Position numbers and translations under genes: made by a program
Part shown: positions 1-11,650 of the stretch, in pieces
Layout: every line of letters starts with the position of its first letter
Position numbering within the stretch: position 1 is the first letter of the stretch
Notes under the pieces: model-generated
The model's database searches: none
Told to the model about the DNA's origin: nothing
The model's input: only the letters and a program-made list of their open reading frames with translations
DNA from: Macrostomum lignano
Lineage: Eukaryota
Direction: 5' to 3'
DNA length: 64,000 nucleotides
NCBI GenBank assembly: GCA_002269645.1
Contig: NIVC01003567.1
Span: forward strand, 1 to 64,000

Positions 1-1020
1 CGTACTTAATGATGAAATATTTGTTAAAACTGACGTTTTCAACTTTCAATTCCATTTTTTTACCCCAATTTTGCGCATCTGCCGTTGTTTTGAGATAAAT
101 GTGCACTACATTGCCGCAATTTCAAAAGCGGCTCGCTGCAAAGTGTATTGGTTGTAAAATCAAGCCACTGAAGAATCGCTTCTTGTTGTCGTCTATGGCC
201 TCTATGGCCCAAAAGGGGTTCTATGGAGCAAACCACAGACCCTTTTTGGGGCATAGACAATGAAAAGCAAATTCTTCAATTAGCTTTATTCTACACCTAC
301 ACTAATGATTAAATTGCCTGCTCTTTAACTCGATTAAATTGGAAAACGCCGTAGTTTAACAGCTTGTACTCGACGCGACTACTTTATTGCCTGTTAACTT
401 TTTACTATAGTTCATTCCGAACAACGTGACAGCCATGTTGTGACGGTTTCATTTCTTGTACATAATTTAGTGTGCCGTCGTAAAAGTAGCGATAATTTTT
501 GCAAAGTAACTCGTAATTATTTGCATTTATTGTAATTATTCTATTTAATTTACAAGTACATCTGCACGTATTGTTTGACATGTTAAGCAGATAAAGTTTA
601 CACTATTTTGTTTCAATCTAATGCTCAATTTCAAATGATATATAAAAATGTTTTGAATTTCCCTGAAGCTGCTTGTCTGGTTTGTCGCTCGTCGCTCTTG
701 GCTTTGAGTTGGCTTTAATTTATCATTTAATATATTGAATAGTTCGCAGATGTTCCACAGTATTTTCGACAGCTCCCTGTAATTCGCCTAGTTCACTATA
801 TCTCTTCATGCATGTAAATCCTGATAGACCGCTATAAAACGCATCAACATCAGCAAAAGAAAAGTACGCCCTAAGACCCCGTCACAACGTGTCAGTCGCC
901 TGGGTTTTCGTTTAAACTACTTTGTTACGCTGATTTTGTTTAATGGTTTCGTTTTGTTTTGCTTAGAGAAGCGAACTAGAGAAATATGGGCTATTGTTAT
1001 TTTAAATACCTTTCCTTGAT

Positions 1021-2075
1021 TTACATACAGTCAGGTATCTGTTTCATCAAGTATCCAAGAATGCCGCGGAGCGGATCAAATTCGATAGGTCTACTCAGAC
1101 AGGACGCGGTCCCGCAGTTGCCGTCACCGCCGCGAGTGTCCAGGCAGGCAGCCAGCGCCGATTCCCAGCCGCACACGCGGACCACCGTGTTCGGGCTGGC
1201 TTTCAACAGGCGCACACCGCGGCCGCCAGCTTGCCGCGCATGCCGCCGGTAACGTCGGAAACTCGCGGCGCAGCGCCGCCAACTCCAGCGACGTCTTGAG
1301 AGCTGCCTCCACCGAGACGAATCTCCGGCAGCAAGTGAGCCATGCCCGAGGGGCCGTGGCCGGGTCCTGACTGAAGACTCCGCCTGAGGATGTAACGAAA
1401 ACGGCGCGCCGCAGGTCGAACGATTCGGCCAGCTTGGCAGCGAGGGCGTCGCCGCCGAGCACCGACCAGCCGATGATGGTCTCGTCAGTGGCGTCACGAT
1501 CGAGAGCCAGCACGGCGTCTCCATGCAGCGCGGGCACGAACCCGGCCTGAAGGAGGTCACTGATGCGATCTACCAGTCCCGGTGGACAGTGCGATCCGAC
1601 GAAATCGGTCACGTCGCTGAAGTGACTGCATGGCGACAGAACAGTGACTGGGATTCCGGCTTTCACGAGACAGGCCGCAACCCGGCCGGCTAGGTCCTGC
1701 ACCGCCCTGCGAGTGTCGCAGAAGCCGAGGCGGCGTTGCTGAAGCTCCACCGGTGACAGCTTTGCCAGTTGACGAGCGTCGATGCCGTCGGTAAGGCGGG
1801 CGTCGGTTGCGTGCGGGTGGCCGCGAAGGAGCCCGCACCGTGCAGCAGCACCCAGCGAAGTCGTCGACGTCTCTGGACGTAGCCTGCGTTGCCGTCATGC
1901 GACATCAATCATCCACCTTAACAGCTTCAATAGCGGTGGCCAGCTCGGCCAGTCGGTCCAGACCGTCCTGGCGGAGCTGCTCACGGCCGGATTTGTCAGT
2001 CAGGCAGCTGCCGCCAACCTTCAGCACCAGGTCGATGGTGACTTTGGCTGTCGTCGAGCTGCTGGTCTGTGACAT
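1021..2075 (-). pseudogene. ipk: Isopentenyl phosphate kinase-like gene (amino-acid kinase family), interrupted by about 4 frameshifts; pseudogene or local assembly indels
   Basis: IPK motifs occur in order across shifting frames: LVLKVGGSCLTDK, VLLHGAGSF-GHP, GFVPALHGDAV, VLGGDALAAKLA, FVTSSGGVF, DVTGGMRGKL, then C-terminal CGT. ATG at 2075. A possible 33-nt GT-AG intron at 1916-1884 removes an in-frame TGA. Confidence 0.8.
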
Positions 2076-5000
2076 TTGGCTTCTCTTTTTGGCGATGATT
2101 TCTGTAATGAACACGAGATGGTTTGTAAACTAAGGGGTACGTGCAACTGTGACTCTACTTTAAAATATTGACTTTAGTTTCTTAGCATAAAAGTATATTA
2201 CTTGTTAGTAGATGCTAGCGAGCATGACTAAACATTTTGATGATAAATCTGCTTACTCTTGTAATAGATACGAGCAAGCGTTTTTACGTTTTGTTTTACC
2301 TTTTTTACTTACGTGTACACATTGATAATGATACAAACAGTTTGGTTGCATTTATAAAGGCCTACAACAAATATCTTCTATCGAAGGTGTTAAATGCCAC
2401 TACTTGAAACATTTATCTAGCTTGAAATATCTAGCTTACAGAGTCTGGTGGGGTCATGCGCAGATTGAAAGCACAGCGATACAAGACCGAAGCGCTAGCG
2501 TCCCGAGCTCTGGAGAAGCGAATGGAAACAGTCTTGAGACGGAGCGGCGATCGAACTTGGGCTCCCCAAAAACTAGGAGGTCTGGGAGGGGGCGGAAATT
2601 GCCTCGCTGGCAATGGCGGCTCGCCGGCGATGTTAAGAGACGCCGCACTGACGAATAAATGAGACGGAATGAGAAGGAGAATGGGAGCTAGAGCCCCAGG
2701 GGGCTGAATTTGATGATGGAAACAGCTGGGAGCATGCAATACGGGGTAAGAAAGCAGCAGCTAGGATATTAAGTCAAAGAACCTACTGGCGTGTGAGAGT
2801 GCACGCGCGCGCATGTGTTTGAGATTGTGTTCCTCATCGAACCCCGGGCCATGGGGAATCCCCTTCCCATTATGCCGCAGGGAGCGAGGATGCAGGGGTC
2901 AGAGATGCGGTGTTGCGGAAGGCTGGATTGTGGCCCTCCAATGCCAAAGAGAGAGAGAAAGTAAAGGGGGGAGGGGCAGACATGAAAGCTGAATTTTTTA
3001 GCTCGAATCCACGGGAGCGAGGGATTAAGAGTATTAGCAGCGTACAAGCTATATTGAGAATATAGGGAGAAATTCCGTCTCTGTACCTTTCTGCTCCCAA
3101 GGCCTTGGAGGCATTGCGAGACACCGAAGAAGAGTGAAAGGCCTAGTCTTGTAACCCCCATCCTATACTGTTAAAAACTGCTGCGTGTATTTAGCAAATA
3201 TATTAATACATCTTACGCGCAAAGAATTTGGTGACGAGCTACAGTAGGGACAATGTCCCATTAGTCATTAGCACTGTGCTAAACCTTTTCGATGAATGGG
3301 CCGCCGAGGAGCTGTCACGTTGGAAACCTTCCCCACCCGCCCTAGTTGTGCGCACGCCAGACAGGTAAGAGCTGCGGGTTGCAGGTTTTCCCACCGGCGC
3401 CAACAACAATCGAAAATCCCACCTGTTGATGCCCCAATGCCGGGGCAAACGGAGTCAGTTGGAATTTTACCCGGAACAGCCCGCAACAAGTAAACCTTAA
3501 ATGCATTACAGTCCATTCGCACTGCCTTGTCGTCTGCAGGTGTCACCAAGTTCATTTCGACCAAAAGAAAAGAAAATGTGTTAGGAAGTTTAATCTATAT
3601 GCGTAGATGCGTTTGTTGTAGTTTAGCTTTTTGAAAAAAGTCCATTTGAACTTTTACTCCATTCTACTGGCCAGAGATTGACCGACTCGACAATACGAGT
3701 AATTTATTCTCCACCCCCCTTGCTTGTACAGCTGTCTAGTCTTCGCAGTCCAGAGCGTTCGAATAGCCAAAAGCTAAGACCGCTAGGACTCGCTCAGAGC
3801 CAACAGCGGTCAACACGCCATCCAGCTTCCACTCCAGGCGACCCATTCTCAGGCATATTTTAAGAGCTCAAAGCGCCCTAGGACGGGACTGGCCCTCACC
3901 CTCCTCTCCATGACTGCCTCCTTGGTCCTCCTCAGTTTATTGAGCTCTCCGAAGCAAGAGGATCGCTGGGCGGACGCGCGAGCTCCGGGCCAACAAAATA
4001 AAGAGGCTGCACGACCGAAAGAAGAAAGGGACAGATTTCTCATTTGTAAAATGGCCTGAAGAAAAAGCGGAAAGAGATGAGAGAGGGCGAGAGAGAGAGA
4101 GAGGCTTCAGTAGCTTCTGGCTCTCAGGAAACATTGTAAGTATGGGAGAAAGAATGAGAGCGAGAGTCGGGGAGAGACTGGGAGAGAGCGGGTTGGGGGG
4201 CGTCCACTTGCACTTTTGTCAAAAGCCAAAACAGACGTAGGACAGCAAGAGGGCTCGGGCTGATTCAATCTGGCTTGCAAAATTATTTATGCAGTAAAGA
4301 ACGAGCTGAGACACGCATCAATAAATAACTAATAATGCACTGGTACCGCCGGCACTGCTGGGGCAGGACCGGCGCCTCACTGCTCACTATACGGACATGA
4401 TTTGAGGTCTGGCAGGCCATCAGGCTTGTCGAGTTTTGCACGCAGCGGCTTAATCCTCGAGTTGCAGCGAGATCGCGAAAACACTGCTTCTACTAGCTAC
4501 TATGCTTTAGTGCTTCTATAAGGGCAATCTCTTCTGGAGAAAGAGTAGAACGAAAGAGGGGGGGGGGCTTAATTCTGTTTGGCCTCCTGGGGATGCAAAT
4601 GGGAAAGCGGGGAGGAAGGGACGCTTTGTGCTCGGGGACTGGGGATAGAAAGTTAAAATCGGCTCACAATGCTGATCACGCAGGGGGCGGTGGGAGAAGT
4701 TCTGCACAAAAGCCGAACCAATCGCACTTTCTGCAGGTCGGAAGCCCCAAAACTGTCACTACAGGTTTACGAAAGTTAACTACTTAGTAAGTTTATCCCA
4801 GTAACTAATGGAAAATTAAAAAAATATTCTTCTTTTGAACTCCGGTTATAAGAGTGAACTAGTTTATAGTGTAGCAACCCTATCTTGACGACGTGGGCCG
4901 ATGTTTCCGACGTCGTTCTCCGTCTCCGTCTCCGTTTGCCAGCAACGTCCATCCAACGTCAGGTACATCGGATGAATCGCCGGACGTCGAAATGTTGCAC

Positions 5001-6789
5001 GGAAGATAAAAAACGCGCGACAAGCACCACGTATCTGATATTACTACCGGCTATCTCGCTTGCTCACACCAAGCTTATTAAGTTGTTAGCTAATTGGCTG
5101 AAAAGCAGGCGGATTTAGAAAGGCATCGCTCTGCACGAATTGTGCCAAGTGACCATCAGTACTCCACTGCAAGCTCGGAAAAATTTCAATCACAAGCCGG
5201 AGAAACAGTTATTACGGAAATGAAAATTTGACACTATAAACTCATAGTAGAATAAAGTTATTGTTTGGAAAAAGCAATCATTAATAGGTAATTAGCGATC
5301 CTGAACAGTATAGCCAGCCAATGGACAGCAAAGTATTCTTATTTCCGCTTGGAAAGCAAGCAGATGGCAACACTGAGGCGTATTGAAGAAAGGCAATGCT
5401 CTGCATATTAACGAGATAGAATGACATGGGAAGGAGGAGGGGGCGAGTTGCGAGACGAAACAGGAATCTCATTAGTTCCTTAGCGGGACAACGCTGCATT
5501 GAGCTGCCCTACCCGCATGCTATAGCTAGTGCTCCCCCCCCCCTACTCAAAATATTGCATCCAATTTTGACCGCACCTGTGTAGGCTTGTTGTATGCAGC
5601 TACATAGGTAGCGATATTGGACTGCGGGTCAGAGGATAAGCGTACGAAGCGGGGATGAGCAGAGTGCCTATCGCGAGTGCCCATACGCGATTTTTTTGGG
5701 ACGTTGCGGTTGCAATTTGCATGCGGCCGCTGACCAGTATCGGGTAGCGGCCGCCACTGCGGAAGCCTCTTGCTGTTTTATGCAGCAGCCGGCAGTGTTT
5801 TAGTGGTGTCTTGCCCTCACCCTCCACCGACACCCACAAAACTAAGGCAGTCTGGCATGATGGATGAGGGACAACTGCAGTTTCTACCGTTGCGAAGCGC
5901 TGGCCAACGCGCTAATGCAATTTGTAGCAGAGACTTTCAACCGAGAAAGATCGAGACAGACGAGAGAGTGAGTGGCAGTTGCTCACCCGACAATCAAATT
6001 GCAGCCCAAATTCATAGATTTCACCGTTTTATAAGTATATTTCTTGCGAAAATAGTGGCCGGAGTTTGGAGGCGAACGGACGGGGAGATAAAAATAGAGT
6101 AAAAAGAGGCGCAAGCAGAAGCAGAGAAAACGAGATCGGCGGTCTTCAGCCAAGCGCAGTAGGGGTCCGCGATGTATGAATTTATTTTAATTTATTTCCC
6201 CCACATTTCCTCAATCCTTCCACCATAGCTCCCCTATTTCTGTCTCATCCCTTACCTCTTCATCCCTAACCTGAGCCCTCGCTTCCACGTCAGTTTCCAT
6301 ACAAGTGCGGCAGCAGCGCAAGCCAATTCTAGCAAACTGACCCCTCCTATCCACGGCTGTCCCGTCTAGCCACTCCGCCACTGACTCCCCGGCCTCAGTC
6401 TCTTCGCCCCGTCACTCGCTCCCAAACTCCGTTCTCCCCTGCCCCCTACCAACTCCCTCCAATCCCATTCAAGCTTCCTCCCTCATCACTTGCATCTCTC
6501 CCCCTGACTCCATATCCTTCTCTTTTTTTCAGCTCCTGCCAGCGATAGATTGCGAGCCGCCCCAGAGCCAGGCTCAAAACCGCTGTTTAAAATAGATGGG
6601 CGCAGAGACAAAAAGTTTGTCCTGCAGTAATCTGTAAGGCAGCGCCGGCTAAATGGAATCTCGAAGAAGTCATTCGACGGTGGTGAAATGCTCGACAATG
6701 GCACCCAAATAGGAGCGCATTTTCGTCAAAACTTTTCCGTTTCTGTCTTTGTTCCGGTCAGTCAGTTTTCATTTTTTTAATACTCAGAG

Positions 6790-8112
6790 ATGTCGGCCCA
6801 AGCTGCTGCAGCCGTGTTTCCGGGTCAGTTCCTGGATTTGCCCAGCCTCTTGAGCTCAGGCTCCATCCTGGCCAGCGGTTCAGTGCTCAACTCCATGAAT
6901 ATCGGCCAGCTACCGCGGCTGGTCGAGAAGAAGAGCGACACCACCTATGTTCTAGTTGGAGTTGGTGGCGTAGGCGCTGGCACCGGCCATATGACAAGAT
7001 TCACGGTGTTCTTCATTGTGTTGCAGTTTTTATGCGGCGTGCTGTCAATCCTGGTGGGTCTGCTGGGCGTAGTCGTTGCCAGCATCCGCATACGCAAGCA
7101 GGTGGTCATCGCTGCGCTGTTGCTCTCCTCCGGACAGGCAATCCTATCCGCCATCTGCTTGACTTTCGGCGCTCTCGATACTAAAGACGCTTGGCACGAC
7201 GCCAAACAGTCGATTGACAATTTTGCAAAGATGCTGATGAACTGCATCAACACAGTGTGCTCGGTGTGCCTGTGCGTCTCGCTCACTCGACGGCTGTACC
7301 GCTACAGGGACTACGCAGTCTGTCGGTTCAACCAGTTTCGGCCACCGGTTGTCGTCTGCACCGGGGCAGTCATCGCCACCTCGATTGCCAGTTTGAGCGC
7401 ATTTGCATCTGGCATGATGCTCTCCGTGACGCAGAAGTACAACTACGCAGGCGGACTGCACATGGGCCTCCTAGGACTCACGCTAGGTCTAGCAATGGTT
7501 CTCAACCTGAAGCTGATGATTCATCAGGCCAGCACCATCGCATGCCTTTTGCTCATTGCGTTCACTCTGCTCAGCTCCTGCGCAGCCGCCTACACGGAGA
7601 GCGTCGAGCTCGATAACGTCGCCGGGACGCAGAGCACCAGAAAGCTGTACTACGGTTATATCATCAAGTCGGCAGTTGTTTACTTCTCCGCGTTGCTCAA
7701 TATTGCAACTGTCGGTGCTTTGGCTCCATGCCAGTTTCTGCGCCTCTGGCACATGGCCGTCATTCAGGGCAACGCCGAGGACGAAGAAGAGGTCACAGCG
7801 GCTGCGGCAGCTGCGGCGGCTGACACCAGCAATGCCGTCAACATCGGAGACCACGATGACGGAGGAGCGACCTTCAATCAGTTGTCTTCGGCAAACCCCA
7901 ACTCGCCGCTGCTGCTGTCCCGTCAGACAACTCTGGCGAGATCATCAGCAGCCGCAGCAGCATCCGCCAGTCTGCTGGGCAACCATACGGGGGCGGACAA
8001 TGTCAGCGCTGCTTCCAACAGCACGACATTGCCTAGAATGCCGTACCAGCAACAGCAGCTCCATCACATGCAACAGCTTCATTCGCGGTTCGCTACTGGC
8101 GCTCAGGCGTGA
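6790..8112 (+). CDS. Uncharacterised intronless multi-pass membrane protein, 440 aa, about 7 hydrophobic segments, weak MS4A/CD20-like motifs, Ala/Gln-rich tail
   Basis: Long GC-rich ORF. Polypyrimidine tract plus CAG acceptor lies just before the ATG. Motifs LQFLCGVLSILVG and YAGGLHMGLLGLTLG. Family assignment is weak. Confidence 0.75.
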   Translation: MSAQAAAAVFPGQFLDLPSLLSSGSILASGSVLNSMNIGQLPRLVEKKSDTTYVLVGVGGVGAGTGHMTRFTVFFIVLQFLCGVLSILVGLLGVVVASIRIRKQVVIAALLLSSGQAILSAICLTFGALDTKDAWHDAKQSIDNFAKMLMNCINTVCSVCLCVSLTRRLYRYRDYAVCRFNQFRPPVVVCTGAVIATSIASLSAFASGMMLSVTQKYNYAGGLHMGLLGLTLGLAMVLNLKLMIHQASTIACLLLIAFTLLSSCAAAYTESVELDNVAGTQSTRKLYYGYIIKSAVVYFSALLNIATVGALAPCQFLRLWHMAVIQGNAEDEEEVTAAAAAAAADTSNAVNIGDHDDGGATFNQLSSANPNSPLLLSRQTTLARSSAAAAASASLLGNHTGADNVSAASNSTTLPRMPYQQQQLHHMQQLHSRFATGAQA

Positions 8113-9409
8113 TTGATAGTTCACTTGTTTGAACTTTCTGGGTCTACAGGTGCTTAATTAGGCGGTGATAGTTGAAAACTAAAGTTAAAATAGCTAACGG
8201 AAATTAAAATAAAATTAACCAACATCCAAAGTTGAAAGCTTATGGAAGAAAGACTGAAGACAGGCAAACCAAGAGAAGTCACTGGTAGAAGTTAACCAGG
8301 AGTTAATCAACCAATTAATCCTATCAGAATTTTAGACTAGATTTTATTAGCCATTGGATTAAACTTTGTTATAAAAATCGTCGCTAATAATGTAACGGCA
8401 CAACATATGTCTGCACACCGCTCTGTTAAATAGTTTAGCATTCTGCTGTTTATAGCGGGTCAGGCAGAAAGTATTCAGAATTGTTTAACAAGAAAGCAAT
8501 TTTCTGTTGCATTATCATTATCAACCATATGTTATTCATATTCAATGTTAATTGCACGTAAGTAAGCGCCTAGATATTTTGATATAGCTAGTTATAATTG
8601 TCACGTACATGTAAGAATATGTTTTTTACTAACGATTCAACTATTTTTGTATTTCCTTTAACGAGTACTACGAGCAGTCGAGCATGCTATATATATCATC
8701 ATTATGCTGTACGCCTAAATTCTGGACTACAGCTTATTAGCGAGTGAAAGCATATAGAAATTTTTAATTTTTAGTCACTTCAGCAATTGGTAATTTGTGT
8801 ACAAGGACGTGAAACTGCTGACTATGCTGCTACTATTATATTATAACTCATAGTCTCAGAATGATCGCTACATTAGTAATTGGCCCGTTTCTTTTATACC
8901 CCGTCCTTTATACACGAGCTAATTTCCGGCATAATCTCTGCTACGTGTAAGCCAGTTAAGTGCGCGACAGCCCTCAGCTTGCACTCTGCGAGTACATTGT
9001 CGTTGTAGAGATGAAACCTGCTTTTTATTTATATTTGATCTGCTTGGATTTTCTTTTTGTTAAAGCGTTTGTTACAGTTAAAATACATGATTAAAGTTCC
9101 TCAACTTGAAGCAGATATCAGGAGTATGGCGGGTGCCCTTTTTGCTTGTACTTGCAGGATATAGCGCTATGAATTATCATTCTCGAACTAGCTACAAGTA
9201 GCTGTTATAGTTAGTCTAGGCGTGTTGAAACGGGGTGAAACATCTCGCCCGCTGCAATAATCTATGGCTATGGCCGACTTCCATAAGTAAAAAACCTCGT
9301 ATGCATATAAGTATCTAGTTAATGTTTCTACAACTTGTAGATTTTGAAAGTAAAGCTTAGTACTGCTAAATTATGCTTAGTATCAGTTACTTTTTTTAAT
9401 TCGCAAAAT

Positions 9410-10035
9410 AAGGAGTTTTGGCTCCGCCCCCACACCCCCGCAAGGGGGCTCAGCGCCCCCTTGACCCCGCTTTCTTTTGACTTTGCCTTAGACATTTTCA
9501 GCGGGCCGTGAAACCGACTGAATACATTGGAGTAAATGGGATTTTACCATAGACAGTCTCAACAGGCCATGAAACCGACTGAATACATTGGAGTAAATGG
9601 GATTTTACCATAGACAGTCTCAACGGGCCATGAAACCGACTGAATACATTGGAGTAAATGGGATTTTACCATAGACAGTCTCAATGGGCCGTGAAACCGA
9701 CTGAATACATTGGAGAAATGGGATTTTACCATAGACAGTCTCAATGGGCCGTGAAACCGACTGAATACATAGGAGAAATGGGATTTTACCATAGACAGTC
9801 TCAATGGGCCGTGAAACCGACTGAATACATTGGAGAAATGGGATTTTACCATAGACAGTCTCAATGGGCCGTGAAACCGACTGAATACATTGGAGAAATG
9901 GGATTTTACCATAGACAGTCTCAACGGGCCGTGAAGCCGACTGAATACATTGGAGTAAATGGGATTTTACTATAGACAGTCTCAACGAGCCGTGAAACGC
10001 GTCTCGGCTACGCGCCTCGGCGTTATAGCTCGTTT
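9410..10035. mobile_element. Possible non-autonomous Helentron/HINE-like element carrying the central 60-bp array
   Basis: The array is bracketed by a GC hairpin-like motif (GGCTCCGCCCCC...GGGGGCTCAGCGCCCCC) and a CTCGGCTACGCGCCTCGG palindrome-like end. No TIR or TSD found. Confidence 0.35.
9499..9995. repeat. Minisatellite, 60-61 bp unit x ~8
   Basis: Unit GGGCCGTGAAACCGACTGAATACATTGGAG(T)AAATGGGATTTTACCATAGACAGTCTCAA(C/T) repeated head to tail. Confidence 0.95.
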
Positions 10036-11298
10036 CTGCCCTCTGCAGCCCATCAATACTGGTATATTAGTACTAGGCAAAAAGCCGATTCCCACCCCAG
10101 GAATACAAAAGCCATTCTAAATGATTATAATCACTCGCTTTTTTATTCCTTTATAATTTTTCTTCAATTTCTTCAGATTTCAATTCCGATCGAAACCATA
10201 TGATCACGCTATAGAACTCAAAGCGTATAATTTTTTTGTTTAAGGATAAAAATATTTCTGAACAGACTCTGGGAAGCAGATAATAATAACTCGAGATTCG
10301 CCATAAATACAAGCATTAAGCAGCTCAGCACTGCAGCGATGGAGTAAAATTTCGCTGAGCTGCATGCAGACTCGACGAGGAGCCACATCAATTTATAGTG
10401 TGAGATTGCTAATCGGATAAAGATGCCTATTGCAGCGAGGCGCAGTAAAGCTGGCCTACATGGAATTGCAGGGAGCAGTGAGTGAGCAGCGATATACATC
10501 GCTTCAGCATATAATTTTCATTGCAACAAACAATTTTGCGTTCACGCAATGAGAGGAAAAAGAGGGAATCGAGAGCGACATATATGAAAAATGAAACAAG
10601 ATCCATCTGCACACCCGCACTTAGCAGCAGGTCTGACAAGCTGCTAGCACCACTTGCCCGCACACAACGGTTCTGTTCGCAAAAGATAGCCAAGCGTTTC
10701 CTGCTCACAGCTCTCAATAGCAACTCTTGCTCTCTTGCCATCGACTCACATCTTCCTTCCTCCCAGCAGTCCCCCGGGTCCATTTCCCGAAGGATTTCTA
10801 CAAGAACGATCGCGCTGAGGCCGGATTGACCTGCTGCTTGTTCTGGCTTGGCACAATATTAGGGAATAAATTTGGGAACACATAACAGGGGGAACTCTGA
10901 TGGGTCGATAAAAATGCATTTACATCAGTGGGGAGAGAGAGATCTGGGGAAAGACAGAGAAAAATGTAGTAGAGAAGTAAAGATCGTTTGAGACGCGGTG
11001 GGATCAGATGGAGTGAGGATGCGGTGGTTGGCTGGGTCTGACGCGTATAGACTAGATTTAGTGAATAATTTATACTGTCGTCAAACCGTGACAGCGACAG
11101 TCGTGGCAATGATGAGACGACTACCCACCGAACGATAAAAACGCTCAGTATCAAATATTGCTCGCTGAAATTAATAGTTACTCCGAATAAGCTTGAACAC
11201 ATATTCAAATCTATCATGGGTGTGCGAGGCCACTTCAATATTTCTGAATGTAGGTAAGGGGAATCTTTTAGCTAATGTAAGAATATCTAGACACAACA

Positions 11299-11650
11299 GG
11301 CCAGGGTTGTAGCCTAGTGGTTAGAGCGTCGCGGTCTCACGACTTGAAGGTCGGGGGTTTGATTCCTGATACCATGGATTGGATTTGATTTCCATGAATT
11401 GGAAAAATTTGTCTTGAGTAAGTAAGACACCTAACCCTGCATCGCTTCAGTTCATACAGAATTAGTTGGGGCAATTCAATTGAGGCGACTCCACAAGGCT
11501 GTAAAGGCCTTGTGTGGGGAGTGGGGAGCCCCCTCAGTCCTTGGACTGAACAGCCAGCAGCCTTCAGATGTGCCGCGCAATAGCTGCAGCTTAGCTGTCG
11601 GTTGTACATGAGCCCATTAGGGCCGGTGTAATAAATTATTACTATTACTA
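11299..11650 (+). mobile_element. tRNA-derived SINE
   Basis: Pol III A box (TAGCCTAGTGG) and B box (GGTTTGATTCC) in a tRNA-like head, central TGTCTTGAGTAAGTAAGACACCTAACCC motif resembling CORE-type domains, and an ATT/ACT simple-repeat tail. Confidence 0.7.

Noticed and set aside
191-258. Short inverted repeat as a MITE or terminator
   Set aside because: Only ~18-bp imperfect arms with no TSD; too little to classify.
1021-2075. IPK as bacterial or archaeal contamination
   Set aside because: Embedded in eukaryotic context with an upstream splice acceptor, a probable GT-AG intron and no operon or RBS; eukaryotic IPKs are known.
10427-10829. Overlapping 118-aa and 102-aa ORFs as genes or as the missing fem1 exon
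   Set aside because: No recognisable motif, no ankyrin signature and no convincing splice sites.
11299-11380. Functional tRNA gene (Val-CAC-like)
   Set aside because: Acceptor and anticodon stems do not pair cleanly and the head continues into a SINE-like body and tail.
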